A stretch of 64,000 nucleotides of DNA, taken from Candidatus Woesearchaeota archaeon. GTDB lineage: Archaea > Nanobdellota > Nanobdellia > Woesearchaeales > GW2011-AR4. The notes under the pieces are model-generated. The model ran no database searches, was not told where the DNA came from, and saw only the letters and a list, made by a program, of their open reading frames with translations. Shown one piece after another: positions 7,594 through 16,240 of this stretch. Location of the stretch: positions 1,182-65,181 of the forward strand of contig JACPTC010000017.1 in the NCBI GenBank assembly GCA_016192985.1, read 5' to 3'. Position 1 is the stretch's first letter; the number at the start of each line of letters is the position of its first letter. The translations under genes and the position numbers were made by a program.

Positions 7594-8697
7594 TTATGTT
7601 ATATTTTTTGAGTGATTATAAGCAGCTGATGTTGATATATCCAATTCTTTAGCTATACTAGGGAAACTTAAACCATTTTTTCGTAATTCAATGATTTTAG
7701 GTTTAAGTTTTAATATTTCTTTCTCAGGTGTTTTCCAAACTTTGTAATTATTGAGTATTGTAGCTAATCTTTCTCTTTTGTAAGAAATATTAAAATTAAT
7801 TAATTCATTAAAAATTTCAATATTTTTTCTATTGCATAAGATTACCCCATTTTTATTATAACTTATATTCTTGATTCCAATATTACTTAGTAATTCTTCT
7901 ATTTCCTTTAACCCTTTAAAATTTTGATTACAAAGAATAATTTGTTTTGGATTTAAAGAGACGCTACCTTGAGAGTCAGCAAAACCTTGAAGATATTTTG
8001 ATTTAATTTCTTTTGACGCATTTTTAATTGCCAAAGGGATTGTCCAAGTTTTTTCCTTAAAATCTGCATTGTAGCTTAAAATATCTTCTACTACTTGTTT
8101 TGAGCTTAATCTAACTCTAAAAGTATCATTAATGCCAAAACCTCTAAACTTAAGCGATTTTACTTTAGCACTCATTCCATAAACTTTTTCTAAACAAAAT
8201 ATAAAATATTTGATAAAATTCAAATCAACTGCTTCAAGAACAATCCTATAAACTCCATTATTTTTCCTATATTCAATAAATCCGTCTCCTGGCCCAACAA
8301 CTCCCAAAATGTAGGATTTTTCTAAAGTTAGTTCTTTGTAATTTTGATTTTTAATTAAAGCTGGATTGCCTCTTTTCTTTAAATTTGTATTAGATTTAAT
8401 TAAATGTCTTTGAACTGTACTAAAGGAAATATTACATATTTGAGCTATTTGTTTGATTGACTTATCTTTGTGATATAAATTAATAAATCTATTATGTTGA
8501 GAAATAGAAAATTTGTCTTTAGAGGCTTTTCTGAACTTTACACCAGCTTTTAATAAGTAATCCCTAGTTGTAGTTACAGCTAAATTAAATTTCTTAGCTA
8601 TCTTTTTAGTTCCATAGCCTTCTATATAAAATTGTTTCATTTCTCTTAACATTTTATTATTAATTTGTATCATTTTATTTTTTAGTTGATAGTTCAT
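7594..8697 (-). CDS. free-standing double-motif LAGLIDADG homing-endonuclease-like protein flanked by three HTH modules
   Basis: Motif 1 is YILGVVGPGDGFIE and motif 2 is YLQGFADSQGSVS. The HTH-like segments are GYGTKKIAKKFNLAVTTTRDYL, KSIKQIAQICNISFSTVQRHL and GLSFPSIAKELDISTSAAYNH. The gene lies between rpl6 and rpl32e and looks AT-richer than its flanks by eye. Confidence 0.75.
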   Translation of the reverse strand: MNYQLKNKMIQINNKMLREMKQFYIEGYGTKKIAKKFNLAVTTTRDYLLKAGVKFRKASKDKFSISQHNRFINLYHKDKSIKQIAQICNISFSTVQRHLIKSNTNLKKRGNPALIKNQNYKELTLEKSYILGVVGPGDGFIEYRKNNGVYRIVLEAVDLNFIKYFIFCLEKVYGMSAKVKSLKFRGFGINDTFRVRLSSKQVVEDILSYNADFKEKTWTIPLAIKNASKEIKSKYLQGFADSQGSVSLNPKQIILCNQNFKGLKEIEELLSNIGIKNISYNKNGVILCNRKNIEIFNELINFNISYKRERLATILNNYKVWKTPEKEILKLKPKIIELRKNGLSFPSIAKELDISTSAAYNHSKNIT

Positions 8698-8718
8698 TTA
8701 GTTAATTTTCTTTTAGTC

Positions 8719-9285
8719 TTATTTTAACTCTTTACCATCTTTTGAAATTATATAACAACCATCCTGAAAGATTCTTGTGTCGTATCTTGGTCTTCTTGTT
8801 AATTGCTCAATATCTGCGCTTATTTGGCCTGCTATTTCCTTGTTAGGGCTTGTAACATAAATCAAGTCGCCCTCTATTTTTACATCGGCAGCCTGCTTTA
8901 ACTGCAATATCCTCGGCACTTTTTCTCCCAAAAAATTTTTAACTGTCAGCTTGTTGTTGGCAACACTCACGTTCATTGGGAAATGCCCAGAGCATATTTT
9001 CAAGGTGTAAACATGGCCCTTAAGGCTACCTTTCACCATATTATTCAGATGTGCTGTCAAAGAGCCCATTAGTTTTTTATCTTCTTTTTTCCCGTTTTTT
9101 GATTCTAGTGTTATCTTATTGTTGCTAGTTTTTATGGAAATATTCTTCTGTTTAAATTTCCTCCTTACTTCTCCTGCAGGACCTTTGATTGACAAAAATC
9201 CGTCTTGAAAAGATATTTCTATGTTATTTGGCATTTCTAGTTCCTTGACTATTTTATCGTTCCGCTTGTTTTTTTGGTTTGGCAT
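8719..9285 (-). CDS. rpl6: 50S ribosomal protein L6 (uL6)
   Basis: IEISFQDGFLSIKGPAGEVRRKF...LKICSGHFPMNV matches the uL6 pattern. The track start at 9306 is TTG and overlaps S8. ATG candidates are 9285 (chosen) and 9234. Confidence 0.85.
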   Translation of the reverse strand: MPNQKNKRNDKIVKELEMPNNIEISFQDGFLSIKGPAGEVRRKFKQKNISIKTSNNKITLESKNGKKEDKKLMGSLTAHLNNMVKGSLKGHVYTLKICSGHFPMNVSVANNKLTVKNFLGEKVPRILQLKQAADVKIEGDLIYVTSPNKEIAGQISADIEQLTRRPRYDTRIFQDGCYIISKDGKELK

Positions 9286-9296
9286 TTGATTATGAC

Positions 9297-9686
9297 TTAA
9301 TAGCAATAAGCCAGCAATCTTCCCCCTATTTTTTTTGATTTGGCGTTATAATGAGTTATTATTCCGTTTGGTGTTGACACAAATAATATTCCCAAATCTT
9401 TGGCTGGTAAGTATCTCTTCTCAAATTTTTCGAATTCTTTATTTTTAACGCTGTACCTTGGCTTGATTACCCCGCACTTGTTTATGTTCCCCGTCAAAAT
9501 AAGTTTGATGTAGTTTCCCTTGCCGTCTTCTATTTCTTTGAAATCACCGACGTAGTCGTTTTCTTTCATGACCTTCAATATGTCTTTTATCACTTTTGAC
9601 ACTGGCTTTATGGTGCATTCCGAAGTTCCGACTGCTTGGTTGTTTAGTATTAGAGACATTACATTTGCCAAAGGGTCATTGAGCAT
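9297..9686 (-). CDS. rps8: 30S ribosomal protein S8 (uS8)
   Basis: MLNDPLANVMSLILNNQAVG...GIITHYNAKSKKIGGRLLAYCY. Confidence 0.9.
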   Translation of the reverse strand: MLNDPLANVMSLILNNQAVGTSECTIKPVSKVIKDILKVMKENDYVGDFKEIEDGKGNYIKLILTGNINKCGVIKPRYSVKNKEFEKFEKRYLPAKDLGILFVSTPNGIITHYNAKSKKIGGRLLAYCY

Positions 9687-9694
9687 TTTACCAC

Positions 9695-9925
9695 CTAGTT
9701 ATATTTTTTAAATCCCAAATTTGTCGCAGTTTCTCTAAAGCATGTCCTGCAAAGCGACAGGCCATATTTGCTTATGTGGGCTCCAGGTCTGCCGCATCTT
9801 CTGCATTTGTTTATTATTCTGCCATATTTCCTTGATTTTGGAGAATTATGCTTTAGGTATTTCTGAAGCTTAACTGGCTTTGCTTTTAGCTGCTTGAACA
9901 CTTTCTTGTAATCACTGTATGTCAT
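9695..9925 (-). CDS. rps14: 30S ribosomal protein S14 (uS14), zinc-ribbon type
   Basis: [25 protein letters not shown] (CxxC...CxxC) and operon position. Confidence 0.9.
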   Translation of the reverse strand: MTYSDYKKVFKQLKAKPVKLQKYLKHNSPKSRKYGRIINKCRRCGRPGAHISKYGLSLCRTCFRETATNLGFKKYN

Positions 9926-9926
9926 T

Positions 9927-10439
9927 TCATTCTGCCTCCACTTTGGTGTTGAATTTTTTGGTCATAAAATCTATGGCTTCTATCTTTGATATTCTGTGCC
10001 TTGTGGGTATCCTTCTTGCGAGTAGCCTCCTTCTCTTTATTCTATAGCCGGGCCTCTCAAGAGTGATGCAAACTTCAAGACCCATAATTCCAATTTTTGG
10101 ATCATACTTCACTCCAGGAATTTCTATATATTCATGTATTCCGAATGCTATGTTGCCATTGCTATCAAACTGGTTTTCGCTCAGCTTGTTATCTACTGCC
10201 TCAAGCAGTCTGTGGAGAAGGTTGGATATTCTTTCTTTTCGCAAAGTGATTTTACACCCAATCGGCAACCCAGGCCTTAAACCCCACTCCTGTATTCTTT
10301 TGTTTGTAACGGTCTTTATTGGAGTTGCATTCGCTATTGATTTAAGAAGGGTAATTCCTTTTTCTAACCTGGACTGGTCTTTTCCTGCACCTATGTTCAA
10401 TGTCACTTTCTCTATTCTTATGTTTTTCATCATATTCAT
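9927..10439 (-). CDS. rpl5: 50S ribosomal protein L5 (uL5)
   Basis: [22 protein letters not shown]...[25 protein letters not shown]. Confidence 0.9.
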   Translation of the reverse strand: MNMMKNIRIEKVTLNIGAGKDQSRLEKGITLLKSIANATPIKTVTNKRIQEWGLRPGLPIGCKITLRKERISNLLHRLLEAVDNKLSENQFDSNGNIAFGIHEYIEIPGVKYDPKIGIMGLEVCITLERPGYRIKRRRLLARRIPTRHRISKIEAIDFMTKKFNTKVEAE

Positions 10440-10441
10440 CT

Positions 10442-11131
10442 TTATCTCAGCGCGATTGATGGCTTATCCTCACCAACAACAAAAGCGTATTTTTTTGAGG
10501 TTTCTATTAAATTTCCTTGCTCATCTTTGTAAATTACTTTGTCTCCAAAGACATTTTCAATAGTTCCTATTTCTCCTATGTGTCTCCCCCCCGTCAGGAA
10601 CACTGTTGATTTCTTATCGAGCTTTAGGTGCTTGCTGATTTTCTGCTCGGGCAATGATAAAAGAATAGTGTCGCCTACTTTGTAGGAATTTTTATCAACC
10701 AGCACATTCCTGCCGTCGAACAGGTTTAATTGCAGCTTTCCATTTGTCATGATTTTGTTTATGATTTTGCAGGGTTTCAGCGCAGATTCTTCTTTTCCTA
10801 TTTTTATTAGGTTAAGCTTGCCTTTTCTGTTTAACATCACTCTAAAAAACTCTTTTGTGCCCGTAAATTCAAAAATATCAAATATTCCGACAGGGTGTCT
10901 GAAATCTTTTCTTGTCTTTCCGTCTATTTTTACTTCGCCGGCATTTAATATTTTTTTAGCCTCTCTTGTTGTGTTTGCATAGCAGAAAATCTCTTTTAGA
11001 AACGTGTCTAAAGGCATTCCTGTGTTTAAGCTGTGCGGACCAGGCAATGGTTTGATGATGAACTTTATCCCTTTTCTCTTTACATTCCATGTTTTAGGCG
11101 CCGCAAGTCTTTTTAGGTGAGATTTTCCCAT
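10442..11131 (-). CDS. rps4e: 30S ribosomal protein S4e (eS4)
   Basis: HLKRLAAPKTWNVKRKGIKFIIKPLPGPH is a typical eS4 N-terminus. Confidence 0.9.
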   Translation of the reverse strand: MGKSHLKRLAAPKTWNVKRKGIKFIIKPLPGPHSLNTGMPLDTFLKEIFCYANTTREAKKILNAGEVKIDGKTRKDFRHPVGIFDIFEFTGTKEFFRVMLNRKGKLNLIKIGKEESALKPCKIINKIMTNGKLQLNLFDGRNVLVDKNSYKVGDTILLSLPEQKISKHLKLDKKSTVFLTGGRHIGEIGTIENVFGDKVIYKDEQGNLIETSKKYAFVVGEDKPSIALR

Positions 11132-11132
11132 T

Positions 11133-11519
11133 TTATTTCCTCCCTAAATCTTCTAGCCTGAGTTTATCATCCGAGTTTAATTCTGTGATCATGAGATTAG
11201 ACGGGTGCAAAGCAAGAGGTTTTTTTGATCCATCTTTTTTTGTTGTTTCTATGCCACTCACAAAAATACGGGTTTTTTTCAGGAAAATAGCTTCTACTTT
11301 GCCCTCATGCTTCTTGAATTCTCCTTTCATTATCTTCACCTTATCACCTTTTCTTAGCCCAATCTTCCTTTTGCCATATTTTTTCCTAAGCTCTTTTGAA
11401 AGGTGAGAGTTCACAAACTTATGTTTTATGTGGAGCGGCGACGCAAATCTATATTTTCTCTGCTTTCTGGGTTTTTTGCTGCTTTTCCAGACTATTGAAA
11501 ATTTTTTCATGTCGTTCAC
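11133..11519 (-). CDS. rpl24: 50S ribosomal protein L24 (uL24)
   Basis: KOW motif LRKGDKVKIMKGEFKKHEGKVEAI. The track start at 11519 is GTG; an ATG at 11510 is an alternative. Confidence 0.9.
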   Translation of the reverse strand: MNDMKKFSIVWKSSKKPRKQRKYRFASPLHIKHKFVNSHLSKELRKKYGKRKIGLRKGDKVKIMKGEFKKHEGKVEAIFLKKTRIFVSGIETTKKDGSKKPLALHPSNLMITELNSDDKLRLEDLGRK

Positions 11520-11921
11520 TCATACCACTATACTTGCTATTTTTGCAATACCTGGCCATCTTTCACATGCTTCCTTTGCAATCGCACCTTTGAAGATTGT
11601 GCCTTTTGGGTTTCCTTTGTCGTCTTTCAGAATAATTGCTGAATTGTCTTCAAACTTTATTCTTGTGCCGTCAGCTCTTCTATACTCTTTCTTCTGTCTG
11701 ACTATAACTGCGTGGACTACTTGCTTCCTCATATCGGGTTTACCGCTTATCACAGATGCCATCACTAAATCACTTACACCGCAACTTGCTATCCTTCCCT
11801 TGACTGTTTTCAAGCCCATTACAGTGAATATCTTGATTATCTTTGCTCCTGAATTATCGCAGGTTTCAATCTTGCTGTAAACAGGAAGCGCTCTTGTTAC
11901 ATGGGCTTTTAATGGTTGCAT
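11520..11921 (-). CDS. rpl14: 50S ribosomal protein L14 (uL14)
   Basis: CDNSGAKIIKIFTVMG...AIILKDDKGNPKGTIFKGAIAKE. Confidence 0.9.
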   Translation of the reverse strand: MQPLKAHVTRALPVYSKIETCDNSGAKIIKIFTVMGLKTVKGRIASCGVSDLVMASVISGKPDMRKQVVHAVIVRQKKEYRRADGTRIKFEDNSAIILKDDKGNPKGTIFKGAIAKEACERWPGIAKIASIVV

Positions 11922-11922
11922 T

Positions 11923-12354
11923 TTAGTTTTCCTCCTGGGGTTTCTCTTCCTCCTCTTTACTTATTTTATCTGTTTTTGCTGCCGCTCTTGCCTCCATTTT
12001 TTCTTTAAATCCCTTCTTAAAGCCCAATTTTTGTATTATGACGAAGTTCTTTGTCTTGCTTAATGGTCTGCATTCCATTATCTTAACAACTTCGCCCTCT
12101 TTTGCATTGACACAGTCTGGATTATGCACCTTGAGTCTTGTTCTTCTTTTTTCATATCTTTCATATTTTTTTAAAAATTGCTGCCTCTCAAATTCTATAA
12201 CGGCAGTTTTCCTCATTTTGGTTGTTACAACTATTCCTACAAGTTGCCTTCCCCTAATGCTTAGTTTCCCGTGGAAAGGGCATTTTGCATCACTACACCC
12301 TTGTTTTGGAGTATATGCTGCTACTCCAATGTTTCTAGATTGGGTTTTTGCCAT
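11923..12354 (-). CDS. rps17: 30S ribosomal protein S17 (uS17) with an acidic C-terminal tail
   Basis: GRQLVGIVVTTKMRKTAVIEFERQQFLKKYERYEKRRTRLKVHNP. The tail is KTDKISKEEEEKPQEEN. Confidence 0.9.
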   Translation of the reverse strand: MAKTQSRNIGVAAYTPKQGCSDAKCPFHGKLSIRGRQLVGIVVTTKMRKTAVIEFERQQFLKKYERYEKRRTRLKVHNPDCVNAKEGEVVKIMECRPLSKTKNFVIIQKLGFKKGFKEKMEARAAAKTDKISKEEEEKPQEEN

Positions 12355-12358
12355 TTTA

Positions 12359-12667
12359 TTACTTTAGTTCTATTGTGTTTGGAGTGAACCCATAATCAAT
12401 CAGTATCTTCTTGACTTTCTGCTTATGCTCTCCCTGCAACTCAATTTTTCCTTCTTTGGCTGTACCGCCGCATGCAAGCTCTGACTTGAGCCTTTTTGCA
12501 AGGTCCTTAAGAGCTATTTCTTTCTCGTCTATTCCTTCTACAACAGTATAGTTTTTGTTGAATTTTTTCCTCTCAGTATAAACCAAAATTTTTTGGCTTT
12601 CTTTTGCTATGGTTTCGCATACACATAGCTCCTTCACCAAGCCGCATATAGCACAGACTTCACCCAT
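12359..12667 (-). CDS. sui1: translation initiation factor aSUI1 (eIF1 homolog)
   Basis: An N-terminal Cys knuckle (CAICGLVKELCVCE) plus the SUI1 core ...LACGGTAKEGKIELQGEHKQKV. Confidence 0.85.
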   Translation of the reverse strand: MGEVCAICGLVKELCVCETIAKESQKILVYTERKKFNKNYTVVEGIDEKEIALKDLAKRLKSELACGGTAKEGKIELQGEHKQKVKKILIDYGFTPNTIELK

Positions 12668-12881
12668 TCCTTTTTACTTCCTCCTTTTTGCTTGAATTCT
12701 TATCCATTTTTACAGTCAATATCTTGGCAATTGTTCTTTTTATCTCTTTTACCTTGCCTGGGTTTTTCGGAACCGTGCCTATTGCAATCTGGGAGTTGAT
12801 TTTCATCAATTCTTTTTTCAGCTCTAATGACTTATTCTCCAAGTCGACTTCACTCATTGACAGCAGTTCTTTCACTTTCAT
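12660..12881 (-). CDS. rpl29: 50S ribosomal protein L29 (uL29)
   Basis: MKVKELLSMSEVDLENKSLELKKELMKINSQ; operon position also fits. Confidence 0.85.
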   Translation of the reverse strand: MKVKELLSMSEVDLENKSLELKKELMKINSQIAIGTVPKNPGKVKEIKRTIAKILTVKMDKNSSKKEEVKRNG

Positions 12882-13575
12882 TTTTCTTTTTTCTTTCTCT
12901 CTTCGGTTTTTCTTTCTTTATCTTTATTTCTTCTTTTGTCTCCTTTATCTCTTCAGCTATAATCTCCTTATGCTCAACCAACTCTATCTCGTCAGGCAAT
13001 TTGATGTCAGGTGGCATTATCTTGACTTTTATTCCTATAACGCCAGTCTTCAAAAGAGCCTGCGCATCAGCTTTTCTGACATCAGTTACAGCTATATCGC
13101 CGCATTTTTTCAGATATCCTGAGTAAAAACGCCACGATTTTGCTCTGGCGCTTGGCACTTTGCCGCTAACAGATATCTCGATTCCAAGAGCTCCTGCCCT
13201 CATAACATCGGTCATTATTTTATGGCCTATAGCCTTAAACTTTTCCGAGCCAAATCTTTCCAACGCGTCTACAATTTTCTCCGCTACTATATTTGCATCT
13301 AAATTTGGGTTCTCAACTTCACTTATTTCTATCTGTGGATTTTCCAAATCAAATTTTTTCTTCAGTGTCCTGGTCAGCTGCTTTATATTTTGTCCTTTTC
13401 TGCCAACTATTAAACCCGGTCTTGAAGCATAAATTATTATTTTTTCTCCCAATGGGGTTTTCATCATTTTTGTATGGCTATGCCCCACATTTTCAAGATT
13501 GTGTGTTATATATTCCTGAATCTGAAACTCCTTCATTTTCTGAGCTACAAATTTCCGTTCAATCATTTTTATCAC
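12850..13575 (-). CDS. rps3: 30S ribosomal protein S3 (uS3) with a K/E-rich C-terminal tail
   Basis: KH domain ...IIYASRPGLIVGRKGQNIKQLT... and the S3 C-domain. The tail is EIKETKEEIKIKKEKPKRERKKKNE. Confidence 0.9.
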   Translation of the reverse strand: MIKMIERKFVAQKMKEFQIQEYITHNLENVGHSHTKMMKTPLGEKIIIYASRPGLIVGRKGQNIKQLTRTLKKKFDLENPQIEISEVENPNLDANIVAEKIVDALERFGSEKFKAIGHKIMTDVMRAGALGIEISVSGKVPSARAKSWRFYSGYLKKCGDIAVTDVRKADAQALLKTGVIGIKVKIMPPDIKLPDEIELVEHKEIIAEEIKETKEEIKIKKEKPKRERKKKNESERTAVNE

Positions 13576-14047
13576 TGTTTTTTACCAAATTTTTATCTTT
13601 TTTATTTTCAGTTCTTGCCTTTTCCCCTATAACTATCTCCACATTTGTCCTCTTCATCTTTCTTCTCGATTTTCTTCCATAGTGCCATGATTTTGCTGAT
13701 TTATGCGCGCTTATATGCGATATAACAAGGTTTGAGGTACTCATGCCTTTAAACTGTGCATTGGCTTCTGCGTCTTCAATCAACTTGATTAAGTATTTTG
13801 AGGATTTTTCTGGGTATCTTCCAGGGCCTATCTTCTTTTTGTGACCTAAATCCCAATTGTATCTTCTGAACGGTATGGCTAATTTTTTGTCAATAACGTT
13901 CTGCAATATTTTCTTTGCATCAATTACGTTCCTGTTTTTGATGAAGTTGCATATCTCTACGCTCTGCTTTAGTGAAATGGGTAAACCTAATCCAACCGCC
14001 CTTGCCATGTGCTCTGAATTGTAGTTTATGAATGTGTACCCTTTCAT
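13559..14047 (-). CDS. rpl22: 50S ribosomal protein L22 (uL22)
   Basis: ARAVGLGLPISLKQSVEICNFIKNRNV...HISAHKSAKSWHYG. Confidence 0.9.
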   Translation of the reverse strand: MKGYTFINYNSEHMARAVGLGLPISLKQSVEICNFIKNRNVIDAKKILQNVIDKKLAIPFRRYNWDLGHKKKIGPGRYPEKSSKYLIKLIEDAEANAQFKGMSTSNLVISHISAHKSAKSWHYGRKSRRKMKRTNVEIVIGEKARTENKKDKNLVKNSDKND

Positions 14048-14049
14048 TT

Positions 14050-14433
14050 TTATTTTACTGATAAACTTGCGCTAGATCTTGTTGCGCCTATTCCTGGTGC
14101 GCTGTGTGCAACTTTTTTCCTAGTCAATGAAAATTCACCCAAGTAATGCCCCACCATATCCGCTTCTATCATGACTGGCACAAATTCCTTGCCGCGATGA
14201 ACCTTTATTGTTTTTCCTACCATCTCAGGCAAAATTATCATATCTCTGCAATGGGTTTCAATGCTTTTCTCATCGGCTCTTAGTTTTTTAAGTAAGATCT
14301 TTTGCTGATCGGTAAATCCCCTCTTGATTGTTCTTCTTTGTCTTGCTGGCAACAGCTGGGCAAGCTCATTTATACCCATGCCCTTTAACTCTTCAACTGT
14401 TTTACCTTTAAAAGTAAATTCTTTCTTTGCCAC
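14050..14433 (-). CDS. rps19: 30S ribosomal protein S19 (uS19)
   Basis: VHRGKEFVPVMIEADMVGHYLGEFSLTRK. The start codon is GTG. Confidence 0.9.
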   Translation of the reverse strand: MAKKEFTFKGKTVEELKGMGINELAQLLPARQRRTIKRGFTDQQKILLKKLRADEKSIETHCRDMIILPEMVGKTIKVHRGKEFVPVMIEADMVGHYLGEFSLTRKKVAHSAPGIGATRSSASLSVK

Positions 14434-14435
14434 TT

Positions 14436-15155
14436 TTACCTCTTGTGCCTGCCTGTTCTCTTTGGTGCTATTTTGCCGACTTTTCTGCCCGGAGGCGCAT
14501 TTCTGTTAGACTGTGTTGGAATCCCTTTTGCATGTGAACTGGAGCCGCCAAATGGGTGGTCAACTGAATTCATTGATGTTCCGCTTACCTGCGGCCACAT
14601 TTTGTTCTTTGCTCTCATTGCATAAAACCTGCTGCCGGCTTTCAAAAAAGGCTTTTCTGTTCTTCCTGAGCCCGCGACTATGCCAACAGCCGCTCTACAT
14701 TCTGGTGAGAATGCTCTTCTTTTGCTTGATGGGAGCTCTACAACTATTTGGTTGTCCATCTTTGTGATTATCTTAGCAAATGTGCCAGATGCCCTCACAA
14801 ATTTTCCCCCATCACCTGGATTTGATTCTATGTTATAGATTGATGTTCCTTCTGGTATGAATTTCAAAGGTAATGTATTTCCTGCTTTCAACTCAACATC
14901 ATTTCCTGTCTCTATTCTATCTCCAACGCGTATTCCTTCGGGAGCCTGAAGCAGCCCAACTTCACCATTGCTGTATTTTAATTCCATCAACGGAGCGCTA
15001 TGGCCGCTGCTATGTACTATATCAGTTATATGGGCAGTCATGGTTTTGCCCTCTTCATATCTTCCAAAGATAGACTTTCCCTTGTACCTAAAGCTTGGTG
15101 CTCTATATCTTGGGCTTCCCTTACCACGTTTTTGCTGGATCAAGCTTTTACCCAT
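14436..15155 (-). CDS. rpl2: 50S ribosomal protein L2 (uL2)
   Basis: NSVDHPFGGSSSHAKGIPTQSNRNAPPGRKVG is a typical uL2 C-terminus. Confidence 0.95.
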   Translation of the reverse strand: MGKSLIQQKRGKGSPRYRAPSFRYKGKSIFGRYEEGKTMTAHITDIVHSSGHSAPLMELKYSNGEVGLLQAPEGIRVGDRIETGNDVELKAGNTLPLKFIPEGTSIYNIESNPGDGGKFVRASGTFAKIITKMDNQIVVELPSSKRRAFSPECRAAVGIVAGSGRTEKPFLKAGSRFYAMRAKNKMWPQVSGTSMNSVDHPFGGSSSHAKGIPTQSNRNAPPGRKVGKIAPKRTGRHKR

Positions 15156-15170
15156 AGTTTACCATCATCT

Positions 15171-15431
15171 TTACATTAATCCCATCTTGGTTGCAATGTC
15201 GATTGCTGGATTTTTCGCTGAAAATTTTATGTATGCCCTTTTCTCTCCATTTGAATTTACAAAGGTGTTGATGTTTTTGACTTCCACTTTGAACATATCT
15301 TCAATGGCATTCTTTATCTCTTTCTTTGTTGATGTTTTATTAACTACAAAGATGAGTTTGTTTTCTGCCTCCATCAGTCTTATTGACTTTTCGGTTGATA
15401 GGGGATATTTTATTATGGTATAAGGGTCCAT
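15171..15431 (-). CDS. rpl23: 50S ribosomal protein L23 (uL23)
   Basis: MDPYTIIKYPLSTEKSIRLMEAENKLIFVV. I prefer the ATG at 15431 because the track start at 15476 is TTG inside rpl4. Confidence 0.9.
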   Translation of the reverse strand: MDPYTIIKYPLSTEKSIRLMEAENKLIFVVNKTSTKKEIKNAIEDMFKVEVKNINTFVNSNGEKRAYIKFSAKNPAIDIATKMGLM

Positions 15432-15432
15432 T

Positions 15433-16239
15433 TTAGTTAAATAAATCTTCTTTCTGTAAAGTGTTGATTGCTCCAACTGTCCAAAGAGTTAATCTTCCTG
15501 CTTTTGCTCCTGGTGCGAGCAGTTCTGCATTCAAGCTTCTTACACTTGCCACATCAACGCCCGGTATGTTGGCAAACGCTTTGCTTAATTTGCTTGCTTC
15601 TGACACAACTATCAACGGGCCTTTTCTCTTTTTGTATTTCCTTCCTCGCGCCTTGCCTTTTCCTGCTCTAACTTTCTTGATGTTTGCCCTTTCCAATTCG
15701 CTTTCAAAACCGAGTTTCACCAAGATATCTGTGACATCTTTCGTTTTATTTAATGATTCAAATTTATCATCCAAAACAAATGGGTATTCTTTTGGAAGAA
15801 TGTGTCCTCTTGCTGTAACTAAATCGCGCAATATGGTGGAGGAAATCGCGCTTCTTATAGCTTTTAGCCTCTCTTTAGTGTTGATTTTAAGCTCCCACAA
15901 TTTTTCTGATTTTGGTGGGTGCGCCCTTCTGCCTCCGACTGTGCCCGGAGCAAATGCTCCTACCCAATTCATTCTTGTTCCTCTTTTTGTCATTATCTTT
16001 CTTGGCACTCTTGAAATCCCAAAACCGTAAGACCCTTTGTAATCCCTCCTTCTTCTTGATAATTTCGCTGATGCCCTTTTTCCAGCAAGTGGGCTTGCTG
16101 CATAGGACTGTCTTTTACGGCTTTGTATTGATAGTACTGCTCTTTGTATTATGTCCGGGCGGAATTCTTCATAAAATTGGGATGGCAACTCTATTTCTCC
16201 CACTTTACTTTTTGTGTAGTCAAAAATGTCGAGTTTCAT
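15433..16239 (-). CDS. rpl4: 50S ribosomal protein L4 (uL4)
   Basis: GKRASAKLSRRRRDYKGSYGFGISRVPR...AGKGKARGRKYK. Confidence 0.9.
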   Translation of the reverse strand: MKLDIFDYTKSKVGEIELPSQFYEEFRPDIIQRAVLSIQSRKRQSYAASPLAGKRASAKLSRRRRDYKGSYGFGISRVPRKIMTKRGTRMNWVGAFAPGTVGGRRAHPPKSEKLWELKINTKERLKAIRSAISSTILRDLVTARGHILPKEYPFVLDDKFESLNKTKDVTDILVKLGFESELERANIKKVRAGKGKARGRKYKKRKGPLIVVSEASKLSKAFANIPGVDVASVRSLNAELLAPGAKAGRLTLWTVGAINTLQKEDLFN

Positions 16240-16240
16240 T

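Noticed and set aside
5435-7652. A series of S/F/L-rich plus-strand ORFs (for example 5715-6011, 6809-7135, 6996-7310, 7347-7652)
   Set aside because: They are antisense shadows of the K/E-rich tracts in rps5, rpl19e and rpl32e: GAA/AAG repeats read as TTC/CTT on the other strand. The same applies to the many other antisense ORFs in the track across 10-16 kb and within the metabolic genes.
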